DNA of 62,685 bases, filler included, from Jimgerdemannia flammicorona (lineage: Eukaryota), in the NCBI GenBank assembly GCA_003990765.1. It is 3 parts of 3 records of this genome, joined end to end, with 100 filler letters (N's around TTAATTAATTAA, not from the genome) between each part and the next. Parts side by side here need not be neighbours in the genome. Positions count along the whole stretch, not along the records: positions 1 to 20,839 come from RBNJ01001580.1; 2 more parts are not named here. The stretch is one strand, 5' to 3'. Below, in pieces: positions 1 to 13,095 of the stretch (positions within the stretch are counted from its first letter, which is position 1; each line of letters begins with the position of its first letter). Made by a program: the position numbers and the translations under genes. The notes beneath the pieces were generated by a model, which made no database searches, was not told the origin of the DNA, and worked only from the letters and a program-made list of their open reading frames with translations.

Positions 1-68
1 TTTTTTATAGTCCCTTGGACTCTGTCTTTATTACCAGTCTATGAATAAGTATACAATAACACCCCCCT

Positions 69-3000
69 CTACCCTATCCCCATCACGGGACCCCTCCACA
101 CCTCTTCACGTATAAAGACCACCCTCTCACCAACAACTCCAACTCTCCCACCACTCTGACTACAGATTTTCACCACCAAGCAGCACCTCCAACCCCCCTG
201 TAGCCCCCAACCAAGCCACCAGCCTGTCAAGGTATCCTCCATAAGGCACTGCCACTGTAATAACTGGCTCCCCAAGCCCTGTCACCTCCCCTCCTCAAAT
301 ACAAATAGTCAGTGACTGGCCAGCCCAACCCAAATAGCCAATGCCCAGCCTAGAGTAATCCACTCCTCCCCTACCCCTCCTATCAATCGATCCCTCAAAT
401 CCTTCCACCTCCCCCATACATCATCACCCCTATGCCTTACCCCCAAGCAGTCCCCAATGGCCCGCCAAAAGTCACCCAATATCTCACACTCCCCAAGCCA
501 ATGTTCTGGCATCTGTATAAATCCCCCTTCCTGCCCTACATTATGGCACTCCTCACAGTCAAAGCAGCCCCCTACAATAAGGTGTCTGGAGCAGAAGTTA
601 AGCATCACATTCCTCCTCAGCACATGCCACCAGACCACCCAGTACTTCGGCGGCATCCAATTTTTCACCATGGCACTCCAGGTCCAAACCCCCTGCCAGT
701 CCTACTCCTCACCAATTCCAACTCCTTGCCAATCACTTGGCCACAGATCTTGGCCTGGTCCCCTTTGGCATTCGATTTCATCACCAATGTTGAACTCCAG
801 TAAAGGTATGCCTCTCAGAAGAATGCCATCCCATCTCTACATCACCGGGCCCCAAGCCCTCTCCCCCTCATCCCCTTGCCAGCGAATACCAATGTGGTGT
901 ACCCCCTCAGCTATCCCCCCACCAGAAGCCTTTATATCGTAGTTGCCCAGTATTCTGAAGCCCAACTAATGAAAGAAGATCACCAGTCAAGCCTCTCGGT
1001 GATGTCCACCTCTCCCATACCTTCTGCAGCAGGGGAACCCAGCCCCCTCCATGCAACTCCACCACCCTCCTAAGCCACCATACCCTCAAACAGTGTAGCC
1101 TTTTGGGGAAGTCCACCAGTCTAAGACCACCTCTTGCCACTGGTAGGGACAGTGTCTCCCAATCAATCTGACTCCATCTGCCAGCCCAAATCCATCCCTT
1201 GGCCACCTTCACTAATCGCTTCACCACCCAGGCTGGAAGTCCAGATGATAAGCCAAATACCACAGTTTCGGCAGCCAGTATACATTCAAAATCGAGACCC
1301 TTCCTGCCAGAGAGAAGTGTCTTCCCCCCCAACCCCGCAGGTCCTCCTCCCAAATTCCAATCCTCTGCTCCCACCACAGCCTAGGCAGAACAGACCCATA
1401 AACTGACAAATATATACCCAAGTACCACACTGCCTCTCCAGTGGGGACAATTGTTCCAATAACCTCTCCGCCCACCAGTCCATTGCCCAGTACTATCATT
1501 TCACACTTATGCCAATTCAGCTTCGCCCCAGAGTTCTCCTCATACCCCTCCACTGTCTTCCTGAGCTCCTCGACATCTGCAGTTACTCCCAAACCAACCA
1601 CCATGTCATCTGCAAAGGCTCCAACTTTCCAGCCAATTCTATAGATAGAAAGCCCCACAATCCTCCGCCGAATTCAGTCCATTAGAGGCTCCAAGGAAAG
1701 TGCATACAGAATGGGAGACAGTGGGTCCCCCTGGGGCACTCCCCTACCTAGAGGGAATGCTACCCCTCTATGCCCATTACACATGAGTGCAGCCCTACTC
1801 CTTTCCAGTAGGCTGACCATCGCCACCCAAAATGGGACCAGAACCCCAATCCTATCCAATACTTTCGCCAGCCAGACTCACCGCACCCGGTCATAAGCCT
1901 TCTCCTGGTCCAAGAAGACAAGATGCCCATCTAGTCCACAGGCTCGAGCACCTTCAATAACTCCATATACCCAGGCTGTGCCATCTCGAATAAGCCAACC
2001 CCCTATGAAGCCCCTCTGCTCAACACCCACAATTTGCTGGGCCACCTTCTGCAGCCTTGCGACCACCACCTTAGTCACCAACTTTCTGTCCATATCTAGT
2101 AATATTATCGGCCACCAGTTCTTCCAATCCTCTTACCTTCTCTTGTTCTTATAAAGCAGTGTCACCAACCCAAGATCCTGCTCCCCCACCCATCTCTCTG
2201 ACTGCAAAATGGAGTCACATAGTGCCGTCAACTCTCCCAATATGCCCGGGACTCCAACCATTCTCTTCCAGAAGTCCCAGGGGAGGCCATCCTCCCCAGG
2301 TGCTGTACCTGAGGCTGTCACGACAAGAACCTGGTGGATCTCGTCCTCCTTAACAGGTATCCCCAGATCATCTAATCCCTCAGCTCGTGGGGGGTGCCAA
2401 TCTTCTAATGTTTGGTCAATGGCTGTAGCATCTGCCCCACCCTCCTCCTCACTTCACAATCTACTCCATCATGCCTTTAGTGTTCCAAGGATATCCTGTA
2501 CACCATATACTAGTCTACCATCTGAGTCAAGTACCCCTTCCCACCACTGCTGTACCCTCCTCACTCGAAGCATTCTTGTAAGAAACTTAGAAGGCCTCTC
2601 CCCTTCCTCCAGCCCCTGCCAACGAAGCCGTGCCACCAGGCCTTGCACCCTTGACTCTTCCTCTTCCCACAGCACCTGTTGTAGTTCCCCAACCTCCATC
2701 TTCACCCTTGTTATTCTCCAATCCTCTTCTCTCTCCACTACTGCCAGACTCGCCCACTCCTCCTGAAGCCTAGCCAATCTAGTAGAAGCCCAATACACTC
2801 TCTGCCTTCGCTGCCTCCCAGCCACTCTGCCAGCCTTGCTCCAATATATCCTGGCCATCTCTTTCATCCTCCTCCACTGAACCCCAATTGTGGCCCCTTC
2901 CTGCCACCAATTCGCCACCTTCATCTAAATGTCTTTTGCCCACTCCTTCCACCAGGACTCATCATCCAACAAGGAGAAATTCAGGCGCCAATGTCCAGGC

Positions 3001-3730
3001 CCATCACCACTTCCCCCAAAACACCCCTGTCCTAAAAGGCCCCAGTGATCAGACCACGGACACCATTCTACCTCTAGCACCTTCCAAACATCATGGCCCC
3101 AACAGTCGGCCATCAGAATCTAGTCAATCCTTGTCCCCAGACCTCCAGCCCAATGTGTATATACCCTCCTATCCCCCCAGTACTCCCTACCAGCATCCAC
3201 TAGTGCTCCTAGCCTTTTGACTTCCTCCCACATCGCCAGCCCCCCACTCCTGCTCTCAGCACCTTGTCCTCCATCAGTTCTATCCATCCGTACATCCCGA
3301 ACCATATTGTAATCTCCTCCAAGTATATCCAACCCAGCTTCAGCAAGGATCCCACTCTCCAGGAGCCCTTTCACCCAATCCACACACTCCCCCCACACAG
3401 CAGGGCAATAACAGGAGCCAACTGTAACTGGCTCCCAACCTGCATGAATCCACTCACCCCAGACCAGTCTCTCCCCCCAGCTCCTCACATTCTGTATCTC
3501 CCCTCTGCCTTTCCGAACCAGAATCCCGACCTTGCTGTTCCAAATCGCCATGCCACCCCATTCCTTAGTCCATTCCATCCTATCAGAATCATCCTTGCAT
3601 CTGACATCCTGTAAGAGGAAGAGATCGGCCTCCAATCCCTTCAACCAAATAAAAATGTTCCTGCATCTAACTGCACCCCTTAGCTCATTCACGTTCAAAG
3701 AAAAAATGTTGGTTGTACTGTTCATAATGA
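69..3730 (-). pseudogene. LINE ORF2 endonuclease-reverse transcriptase, disrupted
   Basis: Fragments 3120-3752 (EN), 1878-2093/1674-1859/1221-1658 (RT motifs), 309-671 (Zn knuckle). Confidence 0.92.
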
Positions 3731-3755
3731 AGTATGGTTTGTTTGTAATCAATTC

Positions 3756-5790
3756 CTACTGCTCCATGCCCATCTCCTCCTGTGCCATGTCCAGATTACA
3801 TTCAGCCATCACCTCCTCCTCTTCAGCCCTCTGAGCCTCCAGTCCAGCCAACAGCTCATTCATCTCCTCATCAGCCTTCTCCTCAAACTCCTCTCTGTAC
3901 TTAATGCAAGCCTCCTGCCAAAGCTGCAACCCATGATGCCTGTTCCAACAGTACTCAGCCTTCTCTCCAGTGACAACCACCAACTCTGCCTCCCTCTCCT
4001 TGTCCACCTCATACCCTTCCTCCTCCAGATACACTGCAAGAATTTCTGCCTTCAGTGCCATCACCACTTCTTCCCCCTGCAAAATCCTCACCCAGTACTC
4101 GTCACCCATCCCATGCAAGTCTACCTCCCCCAGCTCTTCTGCCACCAGGTTGTTCATCATCCGGCACATCCACAGTAGGTTCCCCACCTCCTTCCCACCA
4201 GGGGTCGCCGGCCTCCCTCCATCCAGCATCATGGTGTCAGCTCCAGTACTTGCATCCTCATCCCACACCTCTGGGACATCCACCAGTTCCTTCTCCCCAG
4301 CCGCCACTACCTGGTCCCTATCCATTACCTCCGGAATGCTGAATTTCACCTGCTGGGTCCCCAGCATCGTCACGTCCTCCCCAGATTTGTTCCTGGAAGC
4401 CGGGCCATGCCTGATGAGAGGGGAAGGGGTGGGGGAGTTCTCCCAGACTTCCTTCCAAACCTCCAAGGTGCCATCTACATTTGGTCACTAATTGTCACCT
4501 CTTTTACCTTCCCTGTCTTTGCCCCATCATTCCCACTCCTCTCACCAGCCCAGATACTCGCTCCGGCCCCTTCTGCACTGGTCGTTATGCTCGCACCCTT
4601 CTGTGGTCCACTCCCCAGTTTAGCCAGAAAATCCTTCTGCCTCTTCTGCCCCTGAGCCCTTTTCCACTGCACCTTGTCTACACAAATCCTCTTTCCATCC
4701 ACTACCTCCAGGTGCATCGACTCCTCGAAAGTCTTCCAGGCCTTGGCATGCCGTTCCATAGCCCCATCCAGCTCCTCCAGCGCTTCCAACAAATCCTCCT
4801 CCTCTTCTTCACTTCCTTTCACCTGCATCACCTTGCACAGGAATGCACCCCACACCATTGCTGAAGGCCAGTCCCTCATCTTCCCAGTAGCCTCCTTTCC
4901 AGCCAGCCGAATCCTCACATCCATGTCCCTAGTCCTGAGTGTGGTCCCTTTCCAGACCCTGAATCTGATATCCACCACCTCACCATACTCTGCCATGACA
5001 TCCTCTACTCTCTTCCTCATCTCCATCGCCATCACTGTGGGGACCCCTTTCACCAGCAGTTGGACCACCCTCAGATCCCATTTCAAACACCTCGCCATTG
5101 GAACACACACCTCCCCAACCACCAACCCAACCCTCAGTGCCTCCTCCAGCAGTTCAACCTTCTCAAAACCCACTTTCACCCCCTCCAGTCCCTTCAGGAA
5201 CTTCACCGAAGCTGCTCCAGCCACCTGCTTAGTGATAAGCCCCAATACCATTTTCGCCGTCACTGCTAAGCCCTGGAAACACAGTGTGACTGTGAACACC
5301 GAGATTGACTTCTTGAGTAATGGAGCCACCACCAGTCCCATTACACCATCGGCCAGGTCCCCAGGACTCGTGCCCTTCCCACCACTCGGCTTACCATCAG
5401 CAGTCCCATCTAGATTTTTTTCCAGATTGCCTGTCACACCCCCATCAGCAGTCCTCGCCCCAGCCGCTACCCCCCCAGCTCCACCCTTATGGCCCTCCAG
5501 AGAGGTACCCCCAAGAGGTTGCTGTCCAGTAGCCTTCACCAATACCTTCCCTCCTTGCAGCCAGCACTCCAGTCCAGCCCCTTGCTGACCCCCCTTCACC
5601 TTCTCCACAAAGCTCACCCTGCCAGACCCTTGACCTCCAGCTCTGCCCCCTCCTCCACCGTGGTCTCCCACCAGCAGGCCCCTCATACTTCCCCCCAAGC
5701 CGGGGCCTCTCCCCACTTGCTGCCATTCAAACGCTCCAGGGCCACCCTACCCTGTATGCACCTCCAGATGCTCATTGGTTGCCATAATAC
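3756..5790 (-). pseudogene. LINE ORF1 (Gly-rich N-terminus, RRM-like middle, acidic C-terminus), disrupted
   Basis: ORFs 4475-5716 and 3756-4466 are collinear with copy B ORF1 (47436-49423) and lie upstream of the endonuclease ORF. Confidence 0.8.
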
Positions 5791-6046
5791 TAGTAGCTTT
5801 TCTCTAGAAACTGTGTCAAAAGTGTTGCCTAAAGATTGTGTAACCTGAATGTTACTGGAGAAAGATGTTATTCTTATCTTATATACCATATGATCTTCTT
5901 GTACTCAAATCTGGTGACTTATAAGAAAAGGCTATCTTCTATACTGATGTCATCATTCTGGAGTCACTATTACAATAAATATCTCTCAGTATTTAAAGTA
6001 AATAATCCTCAAATTAAATAATTTAAAAATAATATAATAAGAAACT

Positions 6047-6674
6047 TATAATAGTTCTAATTTTTTTTAAGAGAAAGTAACTAAATTTGAAAAGTTTTAG
6101 TAGACCTAAAGTAGCTTGAAGAGATACTGATAAATTTAAATAGTTTTAAAGAATTTTTGAAAAAAAATAAACTAAGCTTTATTTGAGTAAAAGAAAGTGA
6201 ATATTTATATAAGATCTAAAAAAAAGATCTAGAAGAATCTTAGAAATAAAAAGAAGAGTCAAGAAAATAGTTTTTAGTAAAAATGACTAATAGAATTTTA
6301 CAATATTTTAAAAAGTTCTATAACTAGCTAAGATAAGATACTTAATACTGAGAAAAGATAAGAATATTTAATATTTTAGAATTTCTAAATATTTAGAAGA
6401 TACCGAAATATTGTAAAATATTTAAAAAAAACTAAAGAAAAGATATAAAAAATATTACAATTAAATATAACTAAAAATTATTATATCTATCTCTTTTTAA
6501 GAATTAATATCTTTGTTAAATTCTAAGATTATATAAGAATAGCTATACTTAATCAAAATTTCCCAAACTTATTCAGATATTATAATAAAAAGTCAACCAC
6601 ATATATAATAATAGCTAAATACTTAATAGTTAGAGATTTAAACTACTTAGAGAGAAATTGTTGTTATCTTAAGT
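6047..6674 (-). mobile_element. Highly AT-eroded 3' LTR plus adjacent 3' internal sequence of gypsy family 1
   Basis: 6047-6485 aligns with LTR 6680-7143 and 6486-6610 aligns with 7144-7270, with many C>T/G>A differences. Confidence 0.8.
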
Positions 6675-6679
6675 ATGCC

Positions 6680-7143
6680 TATAATGGTTCTAGTTTCTTT
6701 AAGAGGAAGTGGCTAAATCTGGAAGTTCTAGTTGGCCTAAAGTAGCTCAAAGAGATACTTAAAGATTTAAGTATTCTTGAAGGATTTCTGAGAGAAAATA
6801 TTCTGAGCTTTATTCAGATAAAAAATAAGGATATTTATACATGATCTGAAAGTAATATCTGGAAGAATCTTGGAAAGAAAGAGAAATACCAAGAAATAGA
6901 TTCTTGACAAAGCTGACTAATACTATTCTATAATGTTCTAAAAGGTTCCATAACTAGCTAAGACAAGATACTTGGCACCAAAGAAAGACAAGAATGTTCT
7001 AATAGTATCTGAGTACTGAGAGAAGGTTTTTAAGTAAGTAGAAGGTAGCAGAACATTGTAGAATGTTCAAGAAATGATAAGAAAAGACTAACTAAAAGAT
7101 GCAAAAATATACTAAGACTAAATATAATTGTGAAATTATTACA
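6680..7143 (-). repeat. 3' LTR, gypsy family 1 copy A (~464 bp)
   Basis: Direct repeat of 12372-12835, 13729-14192 and 20250-20596. TGT..ACA-type ends. Confidence 0.93.
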
Positions 7144-10100
7144 TCTCTCTCTCATTAAGAACCAATGTCCTTATTGAGTTTTTAGATAATATAAGACTAG
7201 ATATACTTAACCAAAATTTCTCAAACTTTTATCAGTGCATTGGTAGGGATTGGCTATCCTCATATAGAGCAGAGGGCCTATTATCAGACTAATCAACTGA
7301 GAGGGATTAAAATCCAGCTTATAACTTCATTTCAGTGGACTTCTTATTTATTAAATATTCTGCTGATTCCAGGGTCCCAAAGTAAACTTCTGATGCATAA
7401 GGCACTGATCATTATCATAGATCATTGACAATTCAAGAAAGTCACTACAGAGATTGAGTAATATATTTTGCCTCAAAGTCTTGAACTAGATCTTGAGAGT
7501 TCTTGAGGTTGATCAGTGGTTTTCAGGTAGCATCATATTCAGGATAACCCATCCACTTGACTAGATATTCAGGATAGTAGTAGTAGATTCATTTGTCAAG
7601 GATTTTCTCAGCTTTATACTAAATATGGTCTTCAATAATTACAGGGACAGATAGTTTAGAAATTTGACCAGAGTAGAGCAGTGACTGGTTCCAGGTCTTG
7701 AGGTATGATATATGAAAGACTGGATATACTCTCATGGTTTCAGGTAACTTGAGGTGGTAGGAGGGTACAGAGACTTGTTCAGTAATCTTGAAAGGTTCAA
7801 CATACTTGGGTTGGAACTTGTTTGAAGAGCAGTTGACTTGAGATTATATCTTGAGGTTCTCAGTAGGCAGTAGGACTTGATCTCCAATAGTATAAGTGAT
7901 ATTATAGTATTTCTTGTCAGTATACTTGACTTGATACTATTGAGTCTTCTAAAGATTTATAGTAGCAATCTTGAGTAGTTCATTTATTTTATCTATAAGG
8001 TTCTTAGTAGTAGGGACTTGTGTTTGACTACTTTTCTTAAAAGGAAATAGACTTACAGAGGTCTTGGAATCTTGACTATAGAGTAACCAAAAAGGAGAAA
8101 GACCAATAGATAATTAGACAGCATTGTTGTATACAAATTCTGTATAAGTCAATAGTGGTCTAAGTAATTAGTGAAGAGGATATTGGAATTTGAGAAAAAG
8201 TACAGTACAGTCAGACAGCACTCAATTATCTTACTCATAAGAAATATAATTTCTAAGCATTTGTTCTAGAGTTCTGTTTATATACTCAGTTTATCTATTA
8301 GTTTATAGGTGAAAGGTAATAGATATAGCCAATTGAGTTTCCAGAGTCTTGAAGAGAGTTTGCCAGAAGTGACTGGTGAACTTGGGGTCACAATTACTGA
8401 CAATTACTCATAATAGGCCATAGTGATGGAAGATAGACTTGAAAAAGATTCTTATAATCTTGAGTGTAGTAGCATTGATAGTAATTAATTCAGTAATTAT
8501 AGTCTTTATCAGATGGTCAATGAATACAGTGATAGCATTAGTACCAGATTGAGTTCATAATAGTTGAGTTACAAAATCTATAGTAACTTGCTTGAATTTC
8601 TTAATAAGAATTAGCAGTAGTTATAGCAAACTGACTGATACTTAGTTGGTAGACTTATTGTACTGGCATAGATCACAGCTGGCAATATAGTTCTTGATTT
8701 TCTTGATCATACTTGACCAATAGTAGTGGTATTGAATGTTCTTGATAGTCTTCTTGATTCCCAGATGACTGGTAAGAGGGAAGTCATAGTGTTCTTGCAA
8801 AATCTTATAGTATAGGTTTAAGTTTTCAGATAGGTAGACTTGATCTTGATGATAGATCAGATTGTTCTTGACAGTATATACATCCTTGAGCTCATTCAAG
8901 AAAACTCTATTAGTGACTATGGTTTCTTTGTAAACTTGTCTGATTTGGTCTAGAAATTCTGATACCAAGGTTACTTATATGATTGTGGCAAAGTTAGGGC
9001 ATCTTGATAAGGCATCTTGTACTACAAGTATCTTGTCAGACTTGTAGATAATTATTGAATTGAAGGTTTGAAGCTTGAGGCTCTACTTAGCTTATAGATA
9101 TAACAGAGTAGATTGGGTGTTAATATATTTAAGGGATTGAGAATTAGTGATGATATCAAACTCAACACCTTCTAGATAGTATCACCAGTAGTCTAGTATA
9201 TATATTATTGTCAGTAGTTCCTTCTCATAGGTGGCTAGCTTTTGTTCAGCTAGGGCTAACTTGTGGGACTCAAAAGTAATAGAATGATATTCTTTGCCAT
9301 TATCTTACTCCAATGGCAAAATTCAACACATCAGTAGTAACTATGAATTTTAGGCCTTGATCTGCATTATACAGGACTGGAGCATGGGTCAGACAGTTCT
9401 TGAGTTTTTGAAAAGCTTATTGACAGAAGAGATCTCAGGTGTAGAGTATATAGTGGTCTGAGTCTGAGGCCTTCCTTATAAGATTAGTCAGTGACTCAGC
9501 AATGCCAGAGATATTTCTAACAAAGCAGTGGTAGTAGCCAACTAGATCAAGGAAAGATTGAAGTTCTGTAAGATTCAACAGAATGGGCTATTCTTCAATT
9601 GCTTCTATCTTATATAGGTCTATTTGAATTTCTTGTGCAGAGATAATGTGGCCAAATTTGACTTGTTCCTTAAAAGAATTCACACTTCTTGAGCTTAGTA
9701 TAAAGCTTGTATTTTTGCAGAATCTCCAAGACTAATCAAATGTATTTGAGGTATTCTTCTTTAGTTATACTAAAGATCAGGATGTTATCAAGATATACTA
9801 ACAGGAAAATAAATAGTTGGTCCTTGAATATCTTGTTCATCAGAGTCTGGAATGTGGCAGGTACATTAGTGAGACCAAATGCTAAGACCAAGAATTTTCA
9901 GAGTCTAAAGGGAGTCATGAATGCAGTCTTGAGAATATCTTCTAGCTTAATTCAGATCTGGTGATATTCTGACATAAGGTCCAACTTGATGAAGTACTTA
10001 GTATTCTTGAGAGTATCTAAGATTTGATCAATCAAGGGTAGTAGATAGTGGTTCTTGACAGTGAGTTTGTTAAGTGCATTTTAGTCTATACATATTTACA

Positions 10101-10894
10101 GGATACCATCCTTCTTCTTGAAAAAAAAAAGACTGATGAGCCATAAGGAGATTTTCTTGGTTGGATGGCTCTTTATACAAGTAGTTCTTCTAGTTCCTTC
10201 TTGACTGCTTCAATTTCAAGTGGTGACATGTGGTACATGTGTTTCTTTGGTAGTACAGCTCTTAGAATTAGTTTAATTTTATGATCAACTTCTCATATAA
10301 GTAGTAGACCAGATAGCTTGTCTGGAAAGACATCCTTGAATTCTTCTAGCAGTAACTTGACACTTTCATTGACTAATAGTCTCTTGTCTTATTTCTTGGG
10401 ATAGACCATTACAATAAAGACATATATTGCCTTCTTGAGTGCTCTCTTATACTGTATAGCTGACAGTATTGCAATCTGGGTCTTGCTCATGGTCTTGTCT
10501 GTCTTGATAGTGATATTGCCTCTATCTTGAAGTAGAGTGACTTCATTCTTGTATCAATCAATGTCTGGATTGTATTTCATAAGCCAGGGTTTTTATAGGA
10601 TCAGGTCATGATCTCCTAGTGGTGTGATCTCAAAGTCTACTCATTTCTAATATTTCTGAATCTTGATGGGTAGTGGTGGCAATTGACTCAATGGGGTACA
10701 GAGTACCACTGTAGTGACTATATTATTGTTCTTAGGTACAGGCTTGGTAAGGATCTTGAGGCTTTCAATGAGATTCTGATTGATGAAGTTCTCTGCAGCT
10801 CTACTGTCTATGAGTACTTGAACTTCTTTTTCTTTGACTAGGCCTTTGAAAATGAGCATATCTTGAGCTCAATTTTCAGTAAGACTTGCTGCTT

Positions 10895-11305
10895 GATCAG
10901 TACTACCAAAACCTTTTTGATCTCATTTGGTTTTATGGAGTTCTTATACTTCTGTAATCTTGAGTTGACTGGCTTTTTCTAGGATCATTTGTGCAACTCA
11001 GTCTCCTTCCTTGGCTGCATAGTCTTGATTCTTCTGATTGATAAGCAGAACTTGAACTTATCTTCAAAAGTCTAAGTCAATGATATCAGCATCTATATCT
11101 AAATGATATTTGACACTGAGTCTTGATTGTAGTGCAATTATGACATAATACTCTTCAGAATATTGAACTGTAATTCCAGTAGGTACAAGAGTTCAGCCCT
11201 TGACTGGAATAGTGACTTGTTTGACAGAGTGTAGGTCAAGACCAATGGCTTCTTCTATTTGATATTGAGGGGCCTGGGTCTTTAGATAAAGCTTCTTGAT
11301 CTTGA
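10895..11305 (-). pseudogene. dut: Retroelement dUTPase domain (between Gag nucleocapsid and protease)
   Basis: AIGLDLHS (motif 1), QSRLSV (motif 2), DIIDLDF (motif 3), VAQMI (motif 4), KGFGSTD (motif 5). Confidence 0.88.
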
Positions 11306-12371
11306 GCTCAGATTGACAGGTGGTAGAGTTGACAGATATATCCTTGGACAATATGGTGACTGATCTTAAGGATTTGCTAGTCTTCTTAGAATATTTGGTT
11401 GCAATATATCCTATTTGGCAACAGAAAAAACAGGCTCCGGATTTCTTCAGGCAGTTCTTTTCTTCAGGGATGAGCTTGGTGTTCTTTTTATTCATGGTTT
11501 CTAAGTCTATTAGTACTAGGCCAACTGTCCTTGGTTGGTTTCTGTGGTGGTTCTTGAAGTAGTTCTTCTTATAGTATTCTGGTTCAAAGCAGTTACCAAA
11601 GGTAATGACATCAAACCTATCAGTAATTCTCATGGCTTCATCAAGGTTTTTGGGCTCTTCTAGCTCAACCTTGACTCATATGTTTCTCTTCAAACTACAG
11701 ATATATCAGTCTATCTTTTCATTCTCAGATATTGCTGATAGCTTAAGTAGGATTGATAAGAATTATACATTGTAGCTTTGCATAGACTTGAGTTGCTTGA
11801 TGTTTGCTAGCTTATCTCTAGCTAGCTTAGTAGTATTAGTAGGCTTGAACAGCTTGTAAAGGGCTCTCTTGAAAGCTTCCCAGTCTCTGATTCATATATA
11901 TGAGTATATGGATATAACTATGATATAATTGTACTACCAGATAGCTGTATTTTCTCAGAGAAGTGTGGTGGCAAATTGGACTTGCATGTCTTCTTCCATT
12001 CTTGTAAGCTCAAAGTATTAGTCCAACTGAAAGGTCTATATATCTATAGATAATCCTCCTCAACGACTATTTAAGATATCTGACTTAAGTAGCTTGAAAC
12101 TGACTATTACTATAGTAAAATATAATATACTTGCAGTTCTTGTTTTCTGCTGTTCTAGTTGACTTGAAGTTCTTGGATTTAGTGAACCATAGTATTGATC
12201 ATATTCTCTATACTGAGCTGTAGTCCTCTTGCTTCTTCTATAGCAGAGGGGTCTGACTGATAGATTGACTCTTTGTAGCTCATTTCAGGTTCATGTGACT
12301 AGTTGTGACTGGTTTCCAAATTTGTGTGATTTTTTAATAAGGCAAAGTGTAATGACACTGCTGCTATGAAG

Positions 12372-12835
12372 TATAATAGTTCTAGTTTCTTTAAGAGAAA
12401 GCAGCTAAAGCTAGAAGTTTTAGTTGGTCTAAAGTAGCTCAAAGAGATACTTAAAGGTTTAAGTATTCTTAAAGGATTTCTGGGAGAAAATATTTTAAGC
12501 TTTATTCAGGCAAAGAACAAGGATATTTATATATGATCTGAAAGAAAGATCCAGAAGAATCTTAGAAAGAAAGAGAAATGCCAAGAAATAGGTTCTTGGC
12601 AAAGTTAACTGATATTATTCTACAATGTTCTGAAAGGTTCCATGACTAGCTAAGATAAGATACTTGGTACTAAGGAATGATAAAAATGTTCTAGTAGTGT
12701 CTGGGTACTAAGAGAAGGTTTCTAAGCAAGTAAAAAGTGGTAGAACATAGTAGAATATTTAAGAAATAATAAGAAAAGACTAACTAAAAGACACAAAAAT
12801 ATACTAAGACTAAATATGACTGTGAAATTGTTACA
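12372..12835 (-). repeat. 5' LTR, gypsy family 1 copy A
   Basis: Direct repeat of 6680-7143, flanked by TSD ATGCC. Confidence 0.93.
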
Positions 12836-12896
12836 ATGCCTATTAGTAATATATAACTATATTTATAATAAAAGCACATTAAGCTAGTATATAGAG

Positions 12897-13095
12897 TATG
12901 AGAGGATTACTTTATTAGAGTACTGTATATAGTTCTGAAAGATTTTTCTAGATGTTCTGGATATTCTGGAAGACTATTTTCTTAAGATCATGATCAATTT
13001 CATATAAAGTATATTCTCTATACTTATTGATTTCTCAACCAAAGTCCTGTTTTAGACTTATTCTGGATGTTTAGAAGATTTTATATTTCAGGAAG
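12897..13095 (-). repeat. Eroded fragment of the U5 end of the family-3 long LTR
   Basis: Aligns with the reverse complement of ~54760-54964 (e.g. gttctggatattctggaagac.attttctta.g.tca.gatcaatttc and tctcaaccaaagtcct). Confidence 0.75.

Larger units (their letters stand above)
1..5868 (-). mobile_element. Near-full-length decayed L1/Tx1-like LINE (copy A) with poly(A) tail at the window start
   Basis: ORF1 (~5790-3756). ORF2 has APE endonuclease (SLNVN..LQD, GGDYN, WSDH), RT (DQEKAYDRV, GVPQGDPLSP, AFADD) and C-terminal CxxC..HxxxxC. Poly-T at 1-6. The 5' end aligns with copy B at 47353. Many stops and frameshifts. Confidence 0.95.
6680..12835 (-). mobile_element. Complete decayed Ty3/gypsy chromovirus (family 1, copy A): gag-dUTPase-PR-RT-RH-IN-chromodomain
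   Basis: LTRs 6680-7143 and 12372-12835. 5-bp TSD ATGCC (6675-6679, 12836-12840). PPT at 7144-7153, PBS remnant near 12358-12370. Zn knuckle (GACFFCCQIGY), dUTPase, PR (VLIDSRAAENFI), RT, RH, IN (HLGIKKT..CDLC), chromodomain near 7460-7630. Confidence 0.95.

Noticed and set aside
432..5848. Many Ser/Pro-rich plus-strand ORFs over LINE A (and minus-strand ORFs over LINE B)
   Set aside because: Antisense shadows of the G-rich LINE coding strand.
7255..7400. Possible hammerhead ribozyme in the gypsy 3' UTR (CTGATAA..GGCC..GGCC on the minus strand)
   Set aside because: Lacks the GAAA core and closing stems.
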